A stretch of DNA of 64,000 nucleotides, taken from NCBI GenBank assembly GCA_010093605.1, contig MU004185.1:1571334-1635333 (forward strand). The letters are read 5' to 3'. The notes under the pieces are model-generated. The model made no database searches, was not told the DNA's origin, and was given only the letters and a program-made list of their open reading frames with translations. This document shows, piece after piece, positions 22,607-35,559 of the stretch; positions within the stretch are counted from its first letter, which is position 1; every line of letters begins with the position of its first letter. The position numbers were made by a program, and so were the translations under genes. The stretch is from Lophium mytilinum. Taxonomy: Eukaryota.

Positions 22607-24649
22607 CTACTGGATCCCAGCCGTTTTCAAAATCCCGTGAACAATCTTTCCAATTGCCCAGATCTTCTCTTCCTCGAACTTCCTCGCGACTATTTGAACG
22701 CCTACTGGAGCGCCATCATAGATTTCAGCGTCATCTAGCGTAGAGCTTTGGTCAACTTTGGCGTCATGGTTGATGCTCGGTAATACTAACATGCTTTCCA
22801 GTTTTTAGCATCCACGTCATTAAGCGGCGTGTAATTGGGGTCCGCCTTGTCGATGGACTTGTTGGCCTTGGTGACTGGAATTACAACAACGCTGTAGTCC
22901 ATCAAATTGATGACTTCAGTATAAGCTTCAAAATGTCAGCGTCTAGTTTTCGCCCGATCTTCTCAACTCACCTGTGTGATAGAACTTTCCTGGGATAACT
23001 GCGGCATGTGGAGCGACGGGCATGATTACTGCATCAACAAGCTGCCCTTGTAAGCTGTTAGTGGTGACTTCAAGAAAACTCCATCTGGAAGAGTCTCACT
23101 TACCATCATCATCCGCAGTGGAATTCCAATAGTCTGAGTATTTTGCTTCGTAATCTCGTCCTTCGATAGTCAAACTCTGATAAGTAAGAAGTGACATCGG
23201 ATCCTTCAGACGGAAAGTTTCTCGAAGAGGCGCCACGAGAGGTTCTCCAGAGAGATCAAGCTGCCGGTGAATGTCGTGGCCTCCGTCTGCCTTCAGAAAC
23301 GCCAGCTATTTGTCTGTGAGCTTCAAATGATGGTTATCGTGATGTATGGCATCTGCACTTACATGAACCCGTTTAGCAGTCTGCTGATCCGGGGGTTTCC
23401 ATTCTACGACCTGGTGAGAAAACTCCTGTAAGCGCAGTTCCCAAAATCGGACTATGACTGGTTCTTTTACCTGATGGCCAACACTTTTGACAGCATCTAC
23501 CACAAGTCTGAGCCCACGCGCAATTGGTGGTTGAGGGGTAACCACGCCGTCAGTCCACAGGATTCCAAGCTTGAGTGGTTTATTGTCATTGGCTTTTCCA
23601 TCCCCTGCTGCTCTTGAAATAGTCTCTTCAACACGATCCTCCCGCCAAGGCATCGGTACCACGTTCGGATCTCTGAGCCACGGCTGGGTCAGCACGATTG
23701 AACGAAAAACGAGATGTATAGCCTCCAGAGAAGTGCCCATAACCCCGACGGTAGATGCATATGTCGTTTCTCCTGGAATCACGTTCGCCACGTCTCGATA
23801 CGATAACCTCGTGTGAGTTGGTTTGAGAGAGAATATTCCGTTGAACGCTGCCGGAATTCTCAGAGATCCCCCAATATCAGTTCCAAAGCCCACAACACTG
23901 CCTCGCAGAGCTTGAAGGGCTCCTTCTCCTCCAGAAGATCCCCCACATGATAGGTTCTGGTTGTTTGGGTTCAGAGTCTGGCCTATGAGATTGTTGACGG
24001 TTTCACCAAGGAGGAGCGTCTGGGGTAGACTAGTCTTGCAGTACAAAACTGCCCCCAGACTAAGGAGCTCGGACACAACCTGACTGTTGACCTTGTGTAT
24101 GAGCTCCTTGTCCTTGCGGCCTTCATAGGTATCGATCCATCCAATGTATCCCATTGTGGTGTCATTGCCTTCGACGTGGAATTGGTCCTTGAGACTGATT
24201 GGAAGCCCATGGAGTGGCCCCATGGTTTTTCCTTTTTCTTTGTAGTACTCGTCTAGCTCCTTAGCTCTTTCAATAGCCTGCGAAAAGAATATCTCGTGCA
24301 AGCAGTTGTTCTATTTAAGTAAGCTTGAGCAAAGAGGAGCAAGAATGGGGTGCGATCGGCCTACAATCTGATGCGCAATGGCTGCGGCTTTACAGAAGGC
24401 CAGTGTGGTTTCCATCGCACTGAGTTCTCCTCTCTGCACTTTCCCGACAATACAAGTTGCATCTTGCCGTATTATATCGATCTCCTGAGCCTCGAGATAA
24501 TGGTCGAAGAAGGCACCAGTGAGGTCCCTTTGCTTAGCAGCTTTGGCTAGCTCGATTTCCGATAAACGCCATTCGGGAGCTATTTTGGCTAAAGTTTCGC
24601 TCGTCTTCTTTTCGGCCTTAGCCTTCCATGAGTCTTTAGGGACCAGCAT
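22607..24649 (-). CDS. Amidase-signature family enzyme (acetamidase/general amidase-like), multi-exon
   Basis: GPLHGLPISLKDQF, CGGSSGGEGAL and GFGTDIGGSLRIPAAFNG motifs; C-terminal GAPVGVQIVARKFEEEK. Confidence 0.93.
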
Positions 24650-25179
24650 TGCGTTTTTCACTGACGCAGCTGAGATCTCGTAGAAGGTGGGGTTTGTGTG
24701 TATACCTCTGCGAGGTTCAGGCTGGCCTGCAAACACTACCTAGGTACTGCAAACCCTCACTTATTTTCCGGTGAGCAGGTAAACTAAGCGACGAAAACTC
24801 AGTACCGTGGCTGCGCACGCTGCGATAATTGTCTCTCGAATATACCAATGACTGGGAAGATACATTTAATACCACATCATTCCAACGGGGCGGAACCGGG
24901 TGCATCAGGCAATCAGCCTGCATAATGGAGTGATCTCGGCGCTCATTCACATTGGCCTTGCTGGCCACAAGCCAATCTTGATTTATGGTGCCATGAAAAC
25001 GGTCGAATAATTGGTTGACAAGCAATCAGACTGCGGTTCGCTACCCCCGCGGTAGAACATGTTACTTTTGCCAGTCAATTAACGGTCGATGGCAGATAGC
25101 TGTCTACGTTAACAGGAAAGCAAAGATCGCCCTAACTGCCACGATGGCGCGCACTCTAGGCTTTCTATCGCCCATGCAA

Positions 25180-26270
25180 CTGCACCCCCCTAAACACCAA
25201 TCAAGGATTATTATTAATTTTCGCCGATTATTAGCAATTGGGAATAAAATTAACTAATTATTTTAATATTAGCTAATGCTTAATTATTAGGCTAATTAAG
25301 CTAATTAGTAAATAGAGGGTAGTATAAAACTCTAATTACTAATTAGAAGAGGATATTTACCTTCTAAATATCTACTATATCTAAAATATACTTAGCTAAT
25401 TTACCTAGAGATATATATTAGTATTACTTTTAACTTATAGAATATACTATTACCTACTTATAATCTTATACTTCTCTTCTAATTACTAAATAGAGACTAT
25501 CTTATATCCTTTCTTTTAATTACTAATTAGGGGCCTACTTATACTACCTTTTAATTAGTAATTAGGGGGTTATATAGCCTTAAAATTCTAGTAATTAGCT
25601 TATATTCTCTTCTAATTAGTAATTAGAGGTATATATAACCTTAATTATTAGTAATTTTTAGCTTATATAACTCTATTTAGTAATTAGAGCGCTGCCCCCC
25701 TATTAAGTAATTAGCTAATATTAAAATAATTAGTTAATTTTATTTCTAATTAGTAATAATCTATAAAAATTAGTAATATTTCTTAATTAGTATTTAGAGG
25801 TATATATAGAGTATCTCTAGAGTATATAGTCTACTTATATAGTAGGTTTTATATAGTTATATATATATATTTATTATAGTATAATAGGCATATATTATAT
25901 TATAACTTTAAGATTTAAAAATTAATACTATATCTATAAAAGTTTAAACGCCTTATAGGTAACCTTTTTTACCTTTTTAGTCTTTTTAGACTTAGGCGCA
26001 CTTCTAGCCTTTACTATAGGCTGCGGCGGGGCCTTTTCTATCTATAAATTTAATAGCCGCTACTTAGAAATACTTAACTTATCTATTTTATATTTCTTAT
26101 CTTTCTCTAGAATAGTAGTATTTATAAAACTTAAAGATATACGGCCTATAAGGTAAAGAAGAAAAAACTAATAATTAAGGTTATCTATATACTAGGTAAT
26201 AGGGCGTATAAGCCTTTAGAGATAGCTAGTATATTAGGTTTTATATTTTAAGACTGTAATATAATATACG
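25180..26270. mobile_element. RIP-mutated AT-rich transposon relic containing ~100-bp inverted repeats (25186-25284 / 25701-25800)
   Basis: Abrupt drop in GC with many TpA steps. AATAAAATTAACTAATTATTTTAATATTAGCTAAT in the left arm is the exact reverse complement of the right arm; flanking mismatches are mostly C/T and G/A. Confidence 0.85.
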
Positions 26271-26340
26271 CACAGCGTAATAGAGTTAGCTGTGGGGGAT
26301 AGAATATACGCAGACGTGATGCAATAAACGCGTGCATATG

Positions 26341-26389
26341 ACTGTACGAGACCTACTGTACGAGAGTTACTGTACGAGCGGACTGTACG
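26341..26389 (+). repeat. Four ACTGTACG(AG) direct repeats at 13-14 bp spacing
   Basis: Copies at 26341, 26355, 26369 and 26382. Confidence 0.85.
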
Positions 26390-26832
26390 CTCCGGAGACA
26401 CTCCGGGGCGCACACAACTGATACAGCATAGGGTTATGACCAGGGTGTACGGCGTACAAGGTCAGCTGGCGAAAATGCGTCGATTGAGGCTCTGCAATCA
26501 TCGGCAAAGTAAGTTTGTCTCTCCATCCACGTGTCACCTCCGTGATGGATCCGGCGTAAGCACCTGGGGTCATAGAGGGGGCGTGTGATCAGCAAGCCCG
26601 TTGCCTTGGCTTCCGCAAACGTCAGTTCGATAGATTGCAATGCAGCCACACTTCATCGTTGTCCTGTCACAGCGGGTCTGCTCTGCATGAGCAAGAACAT
26701 GGGCCAATCGAACCGCAATTGCCAGTTTCGGCTCTCTCACAATACTGATTGGCCGGCAGATGGTTGAGCCTCATTACCATCAGACAGATGATGTCCATAC
26801 TTGCGCACATACAGAGTCCATCGGTATAGAGC

Positions 26833-28299
26833 ATGGGCAGCTTAATGATAGACCGTCGAGTTGCAATCATCGGTGCCGGGACGTCGGGTCTGGCAGCTGC
26901 AAAGTAATGTCCAGCCTAATTTCTGGATAACAATAATCTCCTGACTGGGACTTTTAGATCTCTCATCGCAGAAGACTACTTCTGCACCATAGATGTCTTC
27001 GAGCAGCGAGGATCTATTGGCGGGCTGTGGAACTATACTGCAGCGGCAAATGAAGAGAACCACGAAACGAATATTCCCGAGGATTACGCCCACGTCGATA
27101 TTCCTCAAAGCTTCACGCTGAAAAATGTTATCTCTCCGATATACGAGGATCTAGAGGCGAACATACCACGTACGCTTATGCGATACTCCGATTTTCCGTT
27201 CCCGGATGATCTGCAACTGCTACCGCAGCACCATCAGATTCTTAGCTATATCCAGGCCTATGGCCAAGAAGTGCTGGATAGGGTTCGCATGAGCATGCTG
27301 GTCGTACAAATCAAGCCTGAAATAGAGGGATGGGAGATTAAAAGCTGTAGTCTGGCTACCGGTACGACTACTCGTGAGCGATATGGAGCCGTCATCATTG
27401 CTACAGGCCAGTATTCGGTGCCTTGGACGCCGGACTTACCTGGTCTCAGAGAATGGACCGTATCGCACCCTGGCACCATCATACATTCGAAGTGCTTCAG
27501 AACGGCCGAAAACTTTATCAAGAGAAGAGTAATTGTCGTCGGTTCTGGTGTATCTGGTCTTGACATCTCCAGCCGCATTCTCCCATTATGTAATAAGCTA
27601 TATCTCTCGAGTAGGCGCAGCCCACAACTTCTGGAAGATTTCCCAGTAGACCTGCTAGCTAATCTGCGACCCCCGATTGCGCGACTTTGCCCTGATAGAA
27701 GAGCAGTTCAGTTTGAAGATGACACAGAAGCAACAGATGTCGACTGTATAATCTTCTGCACCGGCTATCTTCATTCCATGCCCTTTTTGAGGAAGCTTGA
27801 ACCGAATCCGATCGAAAGCGGGCATAAAGTGAATCACACATATCAGCACTTATTCTACGCGCCGAAGCCGACTTTGGCCTTCCTTGCGTTACCGAGAATA
27901 ATTGCTTTCACGGTGGCCGAAGCACAAGCCGCTGTTGTTGCGCGAGTGTATGCAAAACGATTGCAACTACCGTCTATACATGAGATGCAAGCTTGGGAAA
28001 CACCAACGAGCGAACGAACAAGCGAACGAGATCCCGATGCTCGCCGCTTTCATCATTTTCAGTATCCCGAAGATGCGGAATACATAAAAATGCTCATTGA
28101 CTGGGCCTCGCGGGCTGAGATTCGACCGGGCTTAGACAATAATGGAAAAGGTAGATTACCAAGGCCATGGGGGCCGCACGAACATTGGCAGAGGGCGCGA
28201 TCGTTCGCAATTAGAAGAGCATTCAAGGAGCAGGGCAAGGACCGAGTCAATGTCAAGACACTTGAAGATCTGGGGTTCGAAGGACCAATAACAAAGTGA
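26833..28299 (+). CDS. Flavin-containing monooxygenase (fungal FMO1/thiol-specific monooxygenase-like; intron 26904-26957)
   Basis: VAIIGAGTSGLAAAK (FAD binding), FEQRGSIGGLWNY, IIHSKCFR (FMO motif region), VIVVGSGVSGLDI (NADPH binding), IFCTGY. Confidence 0.92.
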
Positions 28300-28786
28300 C
28301 TTTGGAACATAAGGATATTAGCAGTGGCGCACCTCCGAGGTCGAATTAGTGTCGAAGCTGGTGGTGATTTCATCCTCTTTCTCTTTTGCTACATGAGCGA
28401 GCAGCAGAGAGGTGTATGGTCCCCGGGCGGGTGTCTGGGAATGTGCATGAACTTTGTGACGACAAACTCCCTAGTGTTTGAGAAGGCAATCAAGATAGCG
28501 TTTTAAGGGTAGAATAGTGGCCAGGTTTACATTGCAGCTTAAAGTATAGTGAGCCTCTTTGAAAGGTTGTAAAATGGTGTTTGGACTTTGTGGAGGATCT
28601 TATAATATATTTCTTTCGGAAACCCGGAATAAAGAGCTGGATAAGATATGGTAACACACTCTACCTTTTCTCTCTTGAGGCCACCCGGTAATTTTTCTTG
28701 AATTCTGATACTATGATAGCCGATTCATTCTAATTTCCCATCGTTGGTCGCATTTCTCGTATTCATATTGCGTTTCTTTCTTTCTT

Positions 28787-29190
28787 TTGAAAAGAAATCT
28801 AGCACCTCCTTTGGGGCAGACCCCATCCATCGCCCGCCCCGGTCCCTGCCAGACCGACAGTTAGATGCAGGGTCCCATTAATACTAAGAGATTGAAAAGA
28901 AATCTAGCGCCTACCTTTGAGGCGGGCCCCAGCCATCGCCCGCCCCGGTCCCTGTCAGACCGACAGTTAGATGCAGGGTCCCATTCACATTTAGGCATTG
29001 AAAGGAATCTAGTAATCACCTTAGAGCGAGCCCCATCCATCGCCCGCCCCGGTCCTTGCCAGCCGACAGCTAGATGCAAAGTCCCATTACTTAATAATAG
29101 AAAGGAGACTTAGAACCTACCTTGGAGCGAGCCCCAGCCATCGCCACACTCCGGTCCTTGCCAGCCTACAGCTAGATGCAGGGTCCCATC
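28787..29190. repeat. Tandem array of four ~100-106 bp units
   Basis: Starts at ~28787, 28892, 28998 and 29098. Conserved core CCCCAKCCATCGCCCGCCCCGGTCCYTGCCAG(A)CCGACAGYTAGATGCAGGGTCCCAT. Confidence 0.95.
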
Positions 29191-29313
29191 TACTATGGTG
29201 ATGTGGTGGGGAGTAGAGGGTCTACGGGTGTTCAGAGCGTTAGTGGGTAGAATAGGAAGGGGGGGATAAAGAGTAAGGTAGGGCAAGAGCAGGACAAGGG
29301 TGGGAAAGAATAT

Positions 29314-29409
29314 GGGAAGGGAAGGGTAGGGAAAGGGTAAGGGAAAGGGTAAGGGAAAGGGTAAGGGAAGGTAGGGGAAAGGGTAGGGAAAAGGGTAGGG
29401 GAAGGGGGG
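29314..29409 (+). repeat. G-rich purine tract of (GGGAAAGGGTAA)-like units
   Basis: More than ten GGG runs separated by short A/T linkers. Confidence 0.85.
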
Positions 29410-30718
29410 ATGGAAAGTGGATATATATTTGAGAAAAGGTAAGTGGGTGCGGTGGTGTGGTGGTGATGGATTCGATTTGGTGCGTGATGTTGAGAATGTG
29501 CTGTGAAGGAAGAAAGAGGGGGTTTAAATAGTGCTGCCGGGGCGGAAATTGAGGAACAGGGTGAATGTAAAGCGTAGTGTCAGGCAACATTGAATGCCAG
29601 GAAACTGCGCGGTGGCGTAGCCGGTTGAAGATGGCGGTTGAGGCGAACGGTGAATGCGAGAGAATCGGTTCAATAGAATGCGCGGCATCAAGGCATACAT
29701 TGTGAAATAAGATAGATTTAACTGCTCGTGCTCACTACCGAGCTTGACACCATTCCATGTCGAATGTTCCATTGCCCGCTATCTCATCCCAAAGAAGAAG
29801 AAAATGCAAAAAGAAAACTAACCTCGCGCCTCGAACTAACGACCTTGGCGTAGCGCCGAGAAGCAAAACACCACCCTCCCAAAGGAGGGTGTAGCCACCT
29901 CTTGTGAGGTTTCTTTCATCATGAAACTGACTGTGAACCACCGGCCGCATTGGCTTGGCTTGGTATTGCTACATACTGGATCCGAAGATACAGGGCAAAG
30001 TCCGATTCTTTGTTGAGTTTATGGTGAAAAATGCCAGAAAATAAATGGCTTATACACTTGACTTGGGAATCTGGGCATTTGCATAAGTTATGCGGTTATG
30101 CTGTTATGCCCGGGGATGCTTCCGTTGACTTTCCACGTGGAAGCGCCCACGAATATCCCTCGCACCTCGTAATCCATTCATACCACGCGACTCCGAGCCT
30201 TCTCTGCTTAAGGTATTCTGTCGTATTCATTGGCGCCAGGACAAGGTTTGACTTTTCACCTCACTAGCTCCATAGGATAGGCAAGGTCTGAGGCCGTCTG
30301 CCAAACTTCACTTCCTATCCCACAAGCGCGAGGAGCCCATCTGTCGCCACACCGCGCTCGAAAGATTCGCTGGTCCGAAGCCATGAATCTGAAACCATTC
30401 GGGGTGTCGAGTCGACTCTGACAGCGTTCTAATGGCTCCAATCGTTATCGCGTTCTCGGGCTTCTGTGCTTCGGCCTCGGATCAAGGAAGGTAATCGGGG
30501 AGGACTACACCACGTACACGAGGCGGTCGATGCCCCTGGAAACAAAGCGGGTGGAAAAGCGGATTCAAATGATGGCCTCGTGGAATGGAGATCGAGTATC
30601 TTTTGAGGTCTCAGCGGCGAAGCGCAAAAATAGTGGGTGAGGGTTGAACTGTGTGACGGACGTCACCGACGTAGGTTTCGAGAGTTCCAGCAAGTGAAGT
30701 GCTGGCACGCGACCTCTA

Positions 30719-31582
30719 TCAGGTTGCTTTGCTGTTGCCGGTATGATTGGTCAAGTTGCTCAGAGTGCTCCTGATGCTTTTAATCCTACTGATCTGGCTG
30801 TTTCGGCTGCTCTGGTAGGTGCGCATCGAATCGCCACTCCTTCGCTTTAATTCCGAACGGTACTTTGGGCATAGCTCGTAGGGCTGGTTCTGATATTCTT
30901 TATTCTTCCAGAATGTACTGGGCCCATCGGGTCGAATCGAGTCGAAGTACATTGGGTCAAAGCGGAGGGCACCAGCCATTCCGTGCTCCTCGAAGGCACA
31001 TGATGGTGTGCGCTCTTGCGAAGTTTGCTCTTGAGTCTCCTTTCTAATCCCGAGCTTCTTCAGTGCATCGTACACAAAGTTGGTAATTGCGATTGTATAT
31101 CTGCGTGGGGCATCTGCTAACGGCTTGGGAACGGTTTGAGCTAAAGTCGGCAAAGATTTCGCCCGCACACGATTCGGGAGATTGTCCGTAATCAAGGCGT
31201 CTTGCTCATACACTGCAAGTGGGTCTCCGTTGCCCAAGGGATCTGGTATCACGGTCTCGACGCCATCCTCCATTTTGGCCTTTCCCTTCCCCTTGTCCAT
31301 CTTGGGGCCGAGGACCCATACGCTTGCTCGGCGACGGAAGGAGGTTTTCCTCCGTTTCGGGCTCGGCGCCTTTAACCATGGATCGGTATCTGGGGTGTGT
31401 AGGGAACGAGCTATACTGGGTCGTTCCGCTCGCTGCGAGTCGAAGTCATTTCGTAATGGCAGTCTGGCGATTGCAGTATCGCGTTTGGCGATTACGGAGT
31501 GCGCGGGAGAGTTTGCTGGAGATTTGTCTGCGTCAAATAGGTCGTCCATGATCCGTTGTCGTTTTGCATAAGACACAGCCAT
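30719..31582 (-). CDS. Hypothetical protein (287 aa, low complexity, basic)
   Basis: Open ATG-started ORF with protein-like composition; no family recognised. Upstream exons are possible. Confidence 0.55.
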   Translation of the reverse strand: MAVSYAKRQRIMDDLFDADKSPANSPAHSVIAKRDTAIARLPLRNDFDSQRAERPSIARSLHTPDTDPWLKAPSPKRRKTSFRRRASVWVLGPKMDKGKGKAKMEDGVETVIPDPLGNGDPLAVYEQDALITDNLPNRVRAKSLPTLAQTVPKPLADAPRRYTIAITNFVYDALKKLGIRKETQEQTSQERTPSCAFEEHGMAGALRFDPMYFDSIRPDGPSTFWKNKEYQNQPYELCPKYRSELKRRSGDSMRTYQSSRNSQISRIKSIRSTLSNLTNHTGNSKAT

Positions 31583-32560
31583 GTTGTGAGAGTGATCTTA
31601 TGAGATGGTGCAGTCGATGAGTTAAACTGAGACACAAAACTTTCTTGGGTTATCTTGAGAATACAGTAGAAGGCACACATGGGGGTTAGAAGTAATGCTT
31701 TTGAGTGCGAGAATACAGGAGGTTGGGACCAGCGCCAGTGATGCTACTACGTCGGACTCGGACGCCAACGAGACCACTAAACTGTGGCCAGTATGTATGC
31801 CAAGTACGCACAAATCTTTAAGCGAAATTCTGGGAGGTAGATGGACGGTTTGTCGACTCAGTTTCATACGTATCCACAGGCATGTCAAGAGCCAAATGAT
31901 ATTAAGATTCCTAGGGATGCAGGTTCAAATGACACCTCTTCACATGAGATCATAGTTTTTTCCCGCTATAATGAACCTTGAAAGTACTCAAAGAGCATCC
32001 CGCAACTGCAAACTCCAGACGCGGGGAAATTTGGAGTTGTGGGTTTGCCAAGTGCAGTTTTCTGGGTCGATGATGGGGTTAAGGTTCCGGACCGAGCCAT
32101 TGAACCAAACATGCACAACACTTACACACTACTGGGTGTATTTGACGTAGCTGTTCGAGCCATTCGTCCAAAGTATTCGGTCTCTTCAGGGATGGTTGTC
32201 TGAAGGCCTATTCGACGTCTTCTTCGGCGTTGCACCTGGATTCCAGACGTTGTCATCGTAGAAAAGTTCCACTTCCAGAAGGAATTTAGAAGAACCCGAC
32301 CGAGAAACTCAAGTCCGGTCTTGTTCCCTACTACGCAAGGGGGGCTGGAAAGCCCAGAGTAGCTCGAGCAAGTTGAAATCTGAGGTGTCATGCTGAATAG
32401 AGATGGGATGAAGTTGGAGGTATATTCTACGGCGTACTAGAGAAATGAAGCTAGCAATTCGTCGTCCGAGCTTCAACTTCCATGACACCACCAAACCACC
32501 AAGCCTCTTGTGAAGCAACTTACCCCTTCCACCAATGAACTCTACTCAATTGGGCTTGTA

Positions 32561-34201
32561 ATGCCGCCTCGAATACCTGTCCGGTTACATGAGCCCCTCC
32601 GCGCATTAAAGGCTGTCCGGATACGCAGCTATGCGACTACAGCGGCGAACCCGGAGCTTTACGACGTAGTGTGTGTAGGTGGAGGCCCAGCTGGCTTAAG
32701 TTTACTTACAGCGTTGCGTATGTAATTTTCAGAGTGGAAAATCATTCATCCGATGTACTAGTTTTAATGGCTTTCAGGCGCCTCGAAAACAACCTCAAAC
32801 CTCAAAGTTGCACTCATTGAAGGACAAGACTTGCAGAACAATCAACTCAACAATGCTTCGCCCGATGCATTTTCGAATCGTTGCAGTTCCCTTACCCCAG
32901 CTTCTGTCAAGAACTTGCAAGGTATAAGAAGCTACCCCTTAAATACTTGTTCATGGGTGCTAATGTACATTTGTTTGATAGACATCGGGGCATGGTCGCA
33001 CGTCGACTTATCACGCGTCCAGCCATACCAAGAGATGCAAGTTTGGGATGGTGTGAGCGACTCTAGAATCTCATTCGACTGGGACACCGCACGAACGCCG
33101 TGGAAACCACGAACGCCTTCACAGCCTACCACGATTGCGTATATGATCGAGAACATTAATACCACCACCACACTCCTCTCGCGGCTTTCGGAGCTTGGGG
33201 GCGTCACAACACACTCCCCAGCGCGCGTCGAGTCGATCGAGCTTGGGCAAGAGACACCTGAACTAGACTTGCGGTCATGGCCAGTGCTGACATTGAGCAA
33301 CGGCAAGACGCTAGCAGCACGGCTTCTGGTGGGTGCTGATGGAGCGAACAGCCCTGTCAGGACATTCGCAGGAATACCAAGTCGTGGATTTGATTACAAT
33401 CGACATGGCGTAGTCGCATCATTGAAGCTCGAAGGCCTAGGCTGGGGCGGAAAGGACCACAAAATCGCGTACCAGCGCTTTCTACCCACTGGCCCGGTTG
33501 CTATGCTCCCTCTTCCGGGCAACATGGCTACGCTTGTGTGGTCGACAACACCAGAGCGAGCTTCGAAGTTGAAGTCGTTATCTTCGGCAGACTTCATAGC
33601 TATGGTGAACGCGGCGTTTAGGCTTTCGACCGTGGATCTGGATTATCTTCATACACTACCGGAAGGCCAGCAGGACGAGGTCGCGTGGCGGGAACAACAT
33701 ACGCCTATTAACAATGGGAATGTTCCTATGAAGGTCTTGAACGTTCAGGAGGGCAGTGTCGCTAGTTTCCCTCTGAAGATGAGGCATGCTGACACTTATA
33801 CCGGAGAGAGGGTAGCTTTGGTCGGGTAAGTTCTTCTTAAACTTACCATTAAGACAGATTAAAGCTAACAGATAAAATGTAGAGACGCTGCCCATACCAT
33901 CCATCCTCTCGCTGGCCAAGGCCTCAACCAAGGTCAAGGCGATGCCGCAGCTCTTGTACGCACAATCGAGACCGCAGTCCTGCACGGCCAGGACATCGGA
34001 TCTGTTCTCTCACTAGAACCGTACAACAGTGAGCGCTATGCAGAGAACAATGCTCTGCTTGGGGTGTGCGATAAGCTACACAAGCTGTACAGCGTACAGT
34101 CTGGCCCTCTCGTCCCACTGAGGAGTCTTGGGCTTTCAGCAGTCAACATGATAGGACCACTAAAAGGATTCCTCATGCAGAAGGCTGCGGGGATAAGGTA
34201 G
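32561..34201 (+). CDS. COQ6: Ubiquinone biosynthesis monooxygenase Coq6 (4 exons)
   Basis: Mitochondrial-type leader, YDVVCVGGGPAGL, FSNRCSSLTP, LLVGADGANSPVR, AYQRFLPTGPVAMLPLP, RVALVG|DAAHTIHPLAGQGLNQG. Confidence 0.95.
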
Positions 34202-34863
34202 CCGCGCATGTGCCCCTCTCAGCCAGAGCCAATTGGTATCCAATTTCGGTTCAAGCACCTCGATGAACTCAGAAACTTAATCTGTACATATATATTTGTG
34301 AACATACACACCTGAACAAACACGGAGAGAGGGATCGTTCAATTGCTATGCACGCTTCTTCCATTTGATTTAGAAGCTGCTCAATTTCATACTGCCTTGC
34401 TCAAAGTCTCGCAGCCAGTGTCTACATTGAAAACAGTCCTTTCCACATACCAGGGCATTCCCCGTCCCGTCAATCGCTTCGATAAGACCTGACTCATCTG
34501 GCCCGTATACGAAACGCCAAAACCGCCACTCACCTGACCCCGCGCATACGCGTCGCCTATCACCGCTCCGAAACCTGCATGATGGCGCGTCGCTGCCCCT
34601 CACAACAACTCCGCTAAAGCAGTCCAGCTGAACTATCGTCCCACGCTGCACGCCTCAGAAACATCCCTAAAAATCAAGGCATTTATCGAGCTCCATTCAC
34701 CGGTAGCTTAATCTCCCCATGGGTATAAAAAGGCAAAGAAGGCAGCCTCAGCCTTCCTCGAACCACCACCGCCCTGCTCCGCCTCACTCTTCTTCCTTGC
34801 CTTCTCCCGCTCTTTGAATAACCCTCTCCCTTGTCCATAGCAGCAGATACAGATCCAGCAAAT

Positions 34864-35389
34864 ATGGCCGACACCCCAGCTGCGACTCCCGCTGCGTCCA
34901 AGACGTATAAAGGCAGCTGCCACTGCGGTCTCGTTGCCTTCACGGCGACTCTCTCCCCGCCCCTCGACGACCCCGCGCAGGCGGCTATCAGCTGCAACTG
35001 CTCGATCTGTGTGCGGAATGCGTATTTGCTTGCTGTGTGTCCGAGCAGCTCGGTTGAGTTTAGTAGTGGGGAGGATAAGATGACGGTATGCACCCCCGGC
35101 CTCTGGATGTGTGGATGTGGAGTGGTAGTGGTATAGATAAGGCTGATGTTGATCGCTGTCACAGGAGTACAAGTTCGGCAGTGGGAAATTTCCGCATTAT
35201 TTTTGCCCAACGTGTGGGACGAGCTTGATGTGTGCGACGGGGGATATGAAGGCTGTTAATGTGAGTGCTTGCCCCGGTGATGTTGATGATGATGGGAAGG
35301 AGAGGCTAATGGGGTGTTAGGTGAGGGCGTTGGAGGACGTAGATTTGAAGAGCTTGACGTTGAAGGAGATGGATGGGAAGAGTGTCTAA
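34864..35389 (+). CDS. GFA/CENP-V (Mss4-like) zinc-binding protein (3 exons)
   Basis: YKGSCHCG...SCNCSIC...|EYKFG....HYFCPTCGT...AVN|VRALEDVDL..L.....DG. Confidence 0.9.
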
Positions 35390-35559
35390 ATCTCGAATCT
35401 GGCCTTATGAGAAAAGCGGAGGCTTTGAAAGAGGAGCAAGGTTGTATGTGTACGGGCATGGAAATACGTGGTGGAGCTTAGCTCATGCACGGTGTAGCCA
35501 GCTTTCTCTTATATTTATCGCTGTCCTGGCTAGAATCAGAGCCACACCCCTGATATCTA

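Noticed and set aside
22607..28299. Amidase + FMO as a secondary-metabolite cluster
   Set aside because: No backbone enzyme, transporter or pathway regulator nearby.
28787..29190. 105-bp array as CRISPR
   Set aside because: The core is too long, the variable part too short and partly homologous, the context is eukaryotic and there are no cas genes.
11400..31000. Starship or other giant transposon carrying the accessory genes
   Set aside because: No DUF3435 tyrosine recombinase or intact transposase is seen and no boundaries could be defined.
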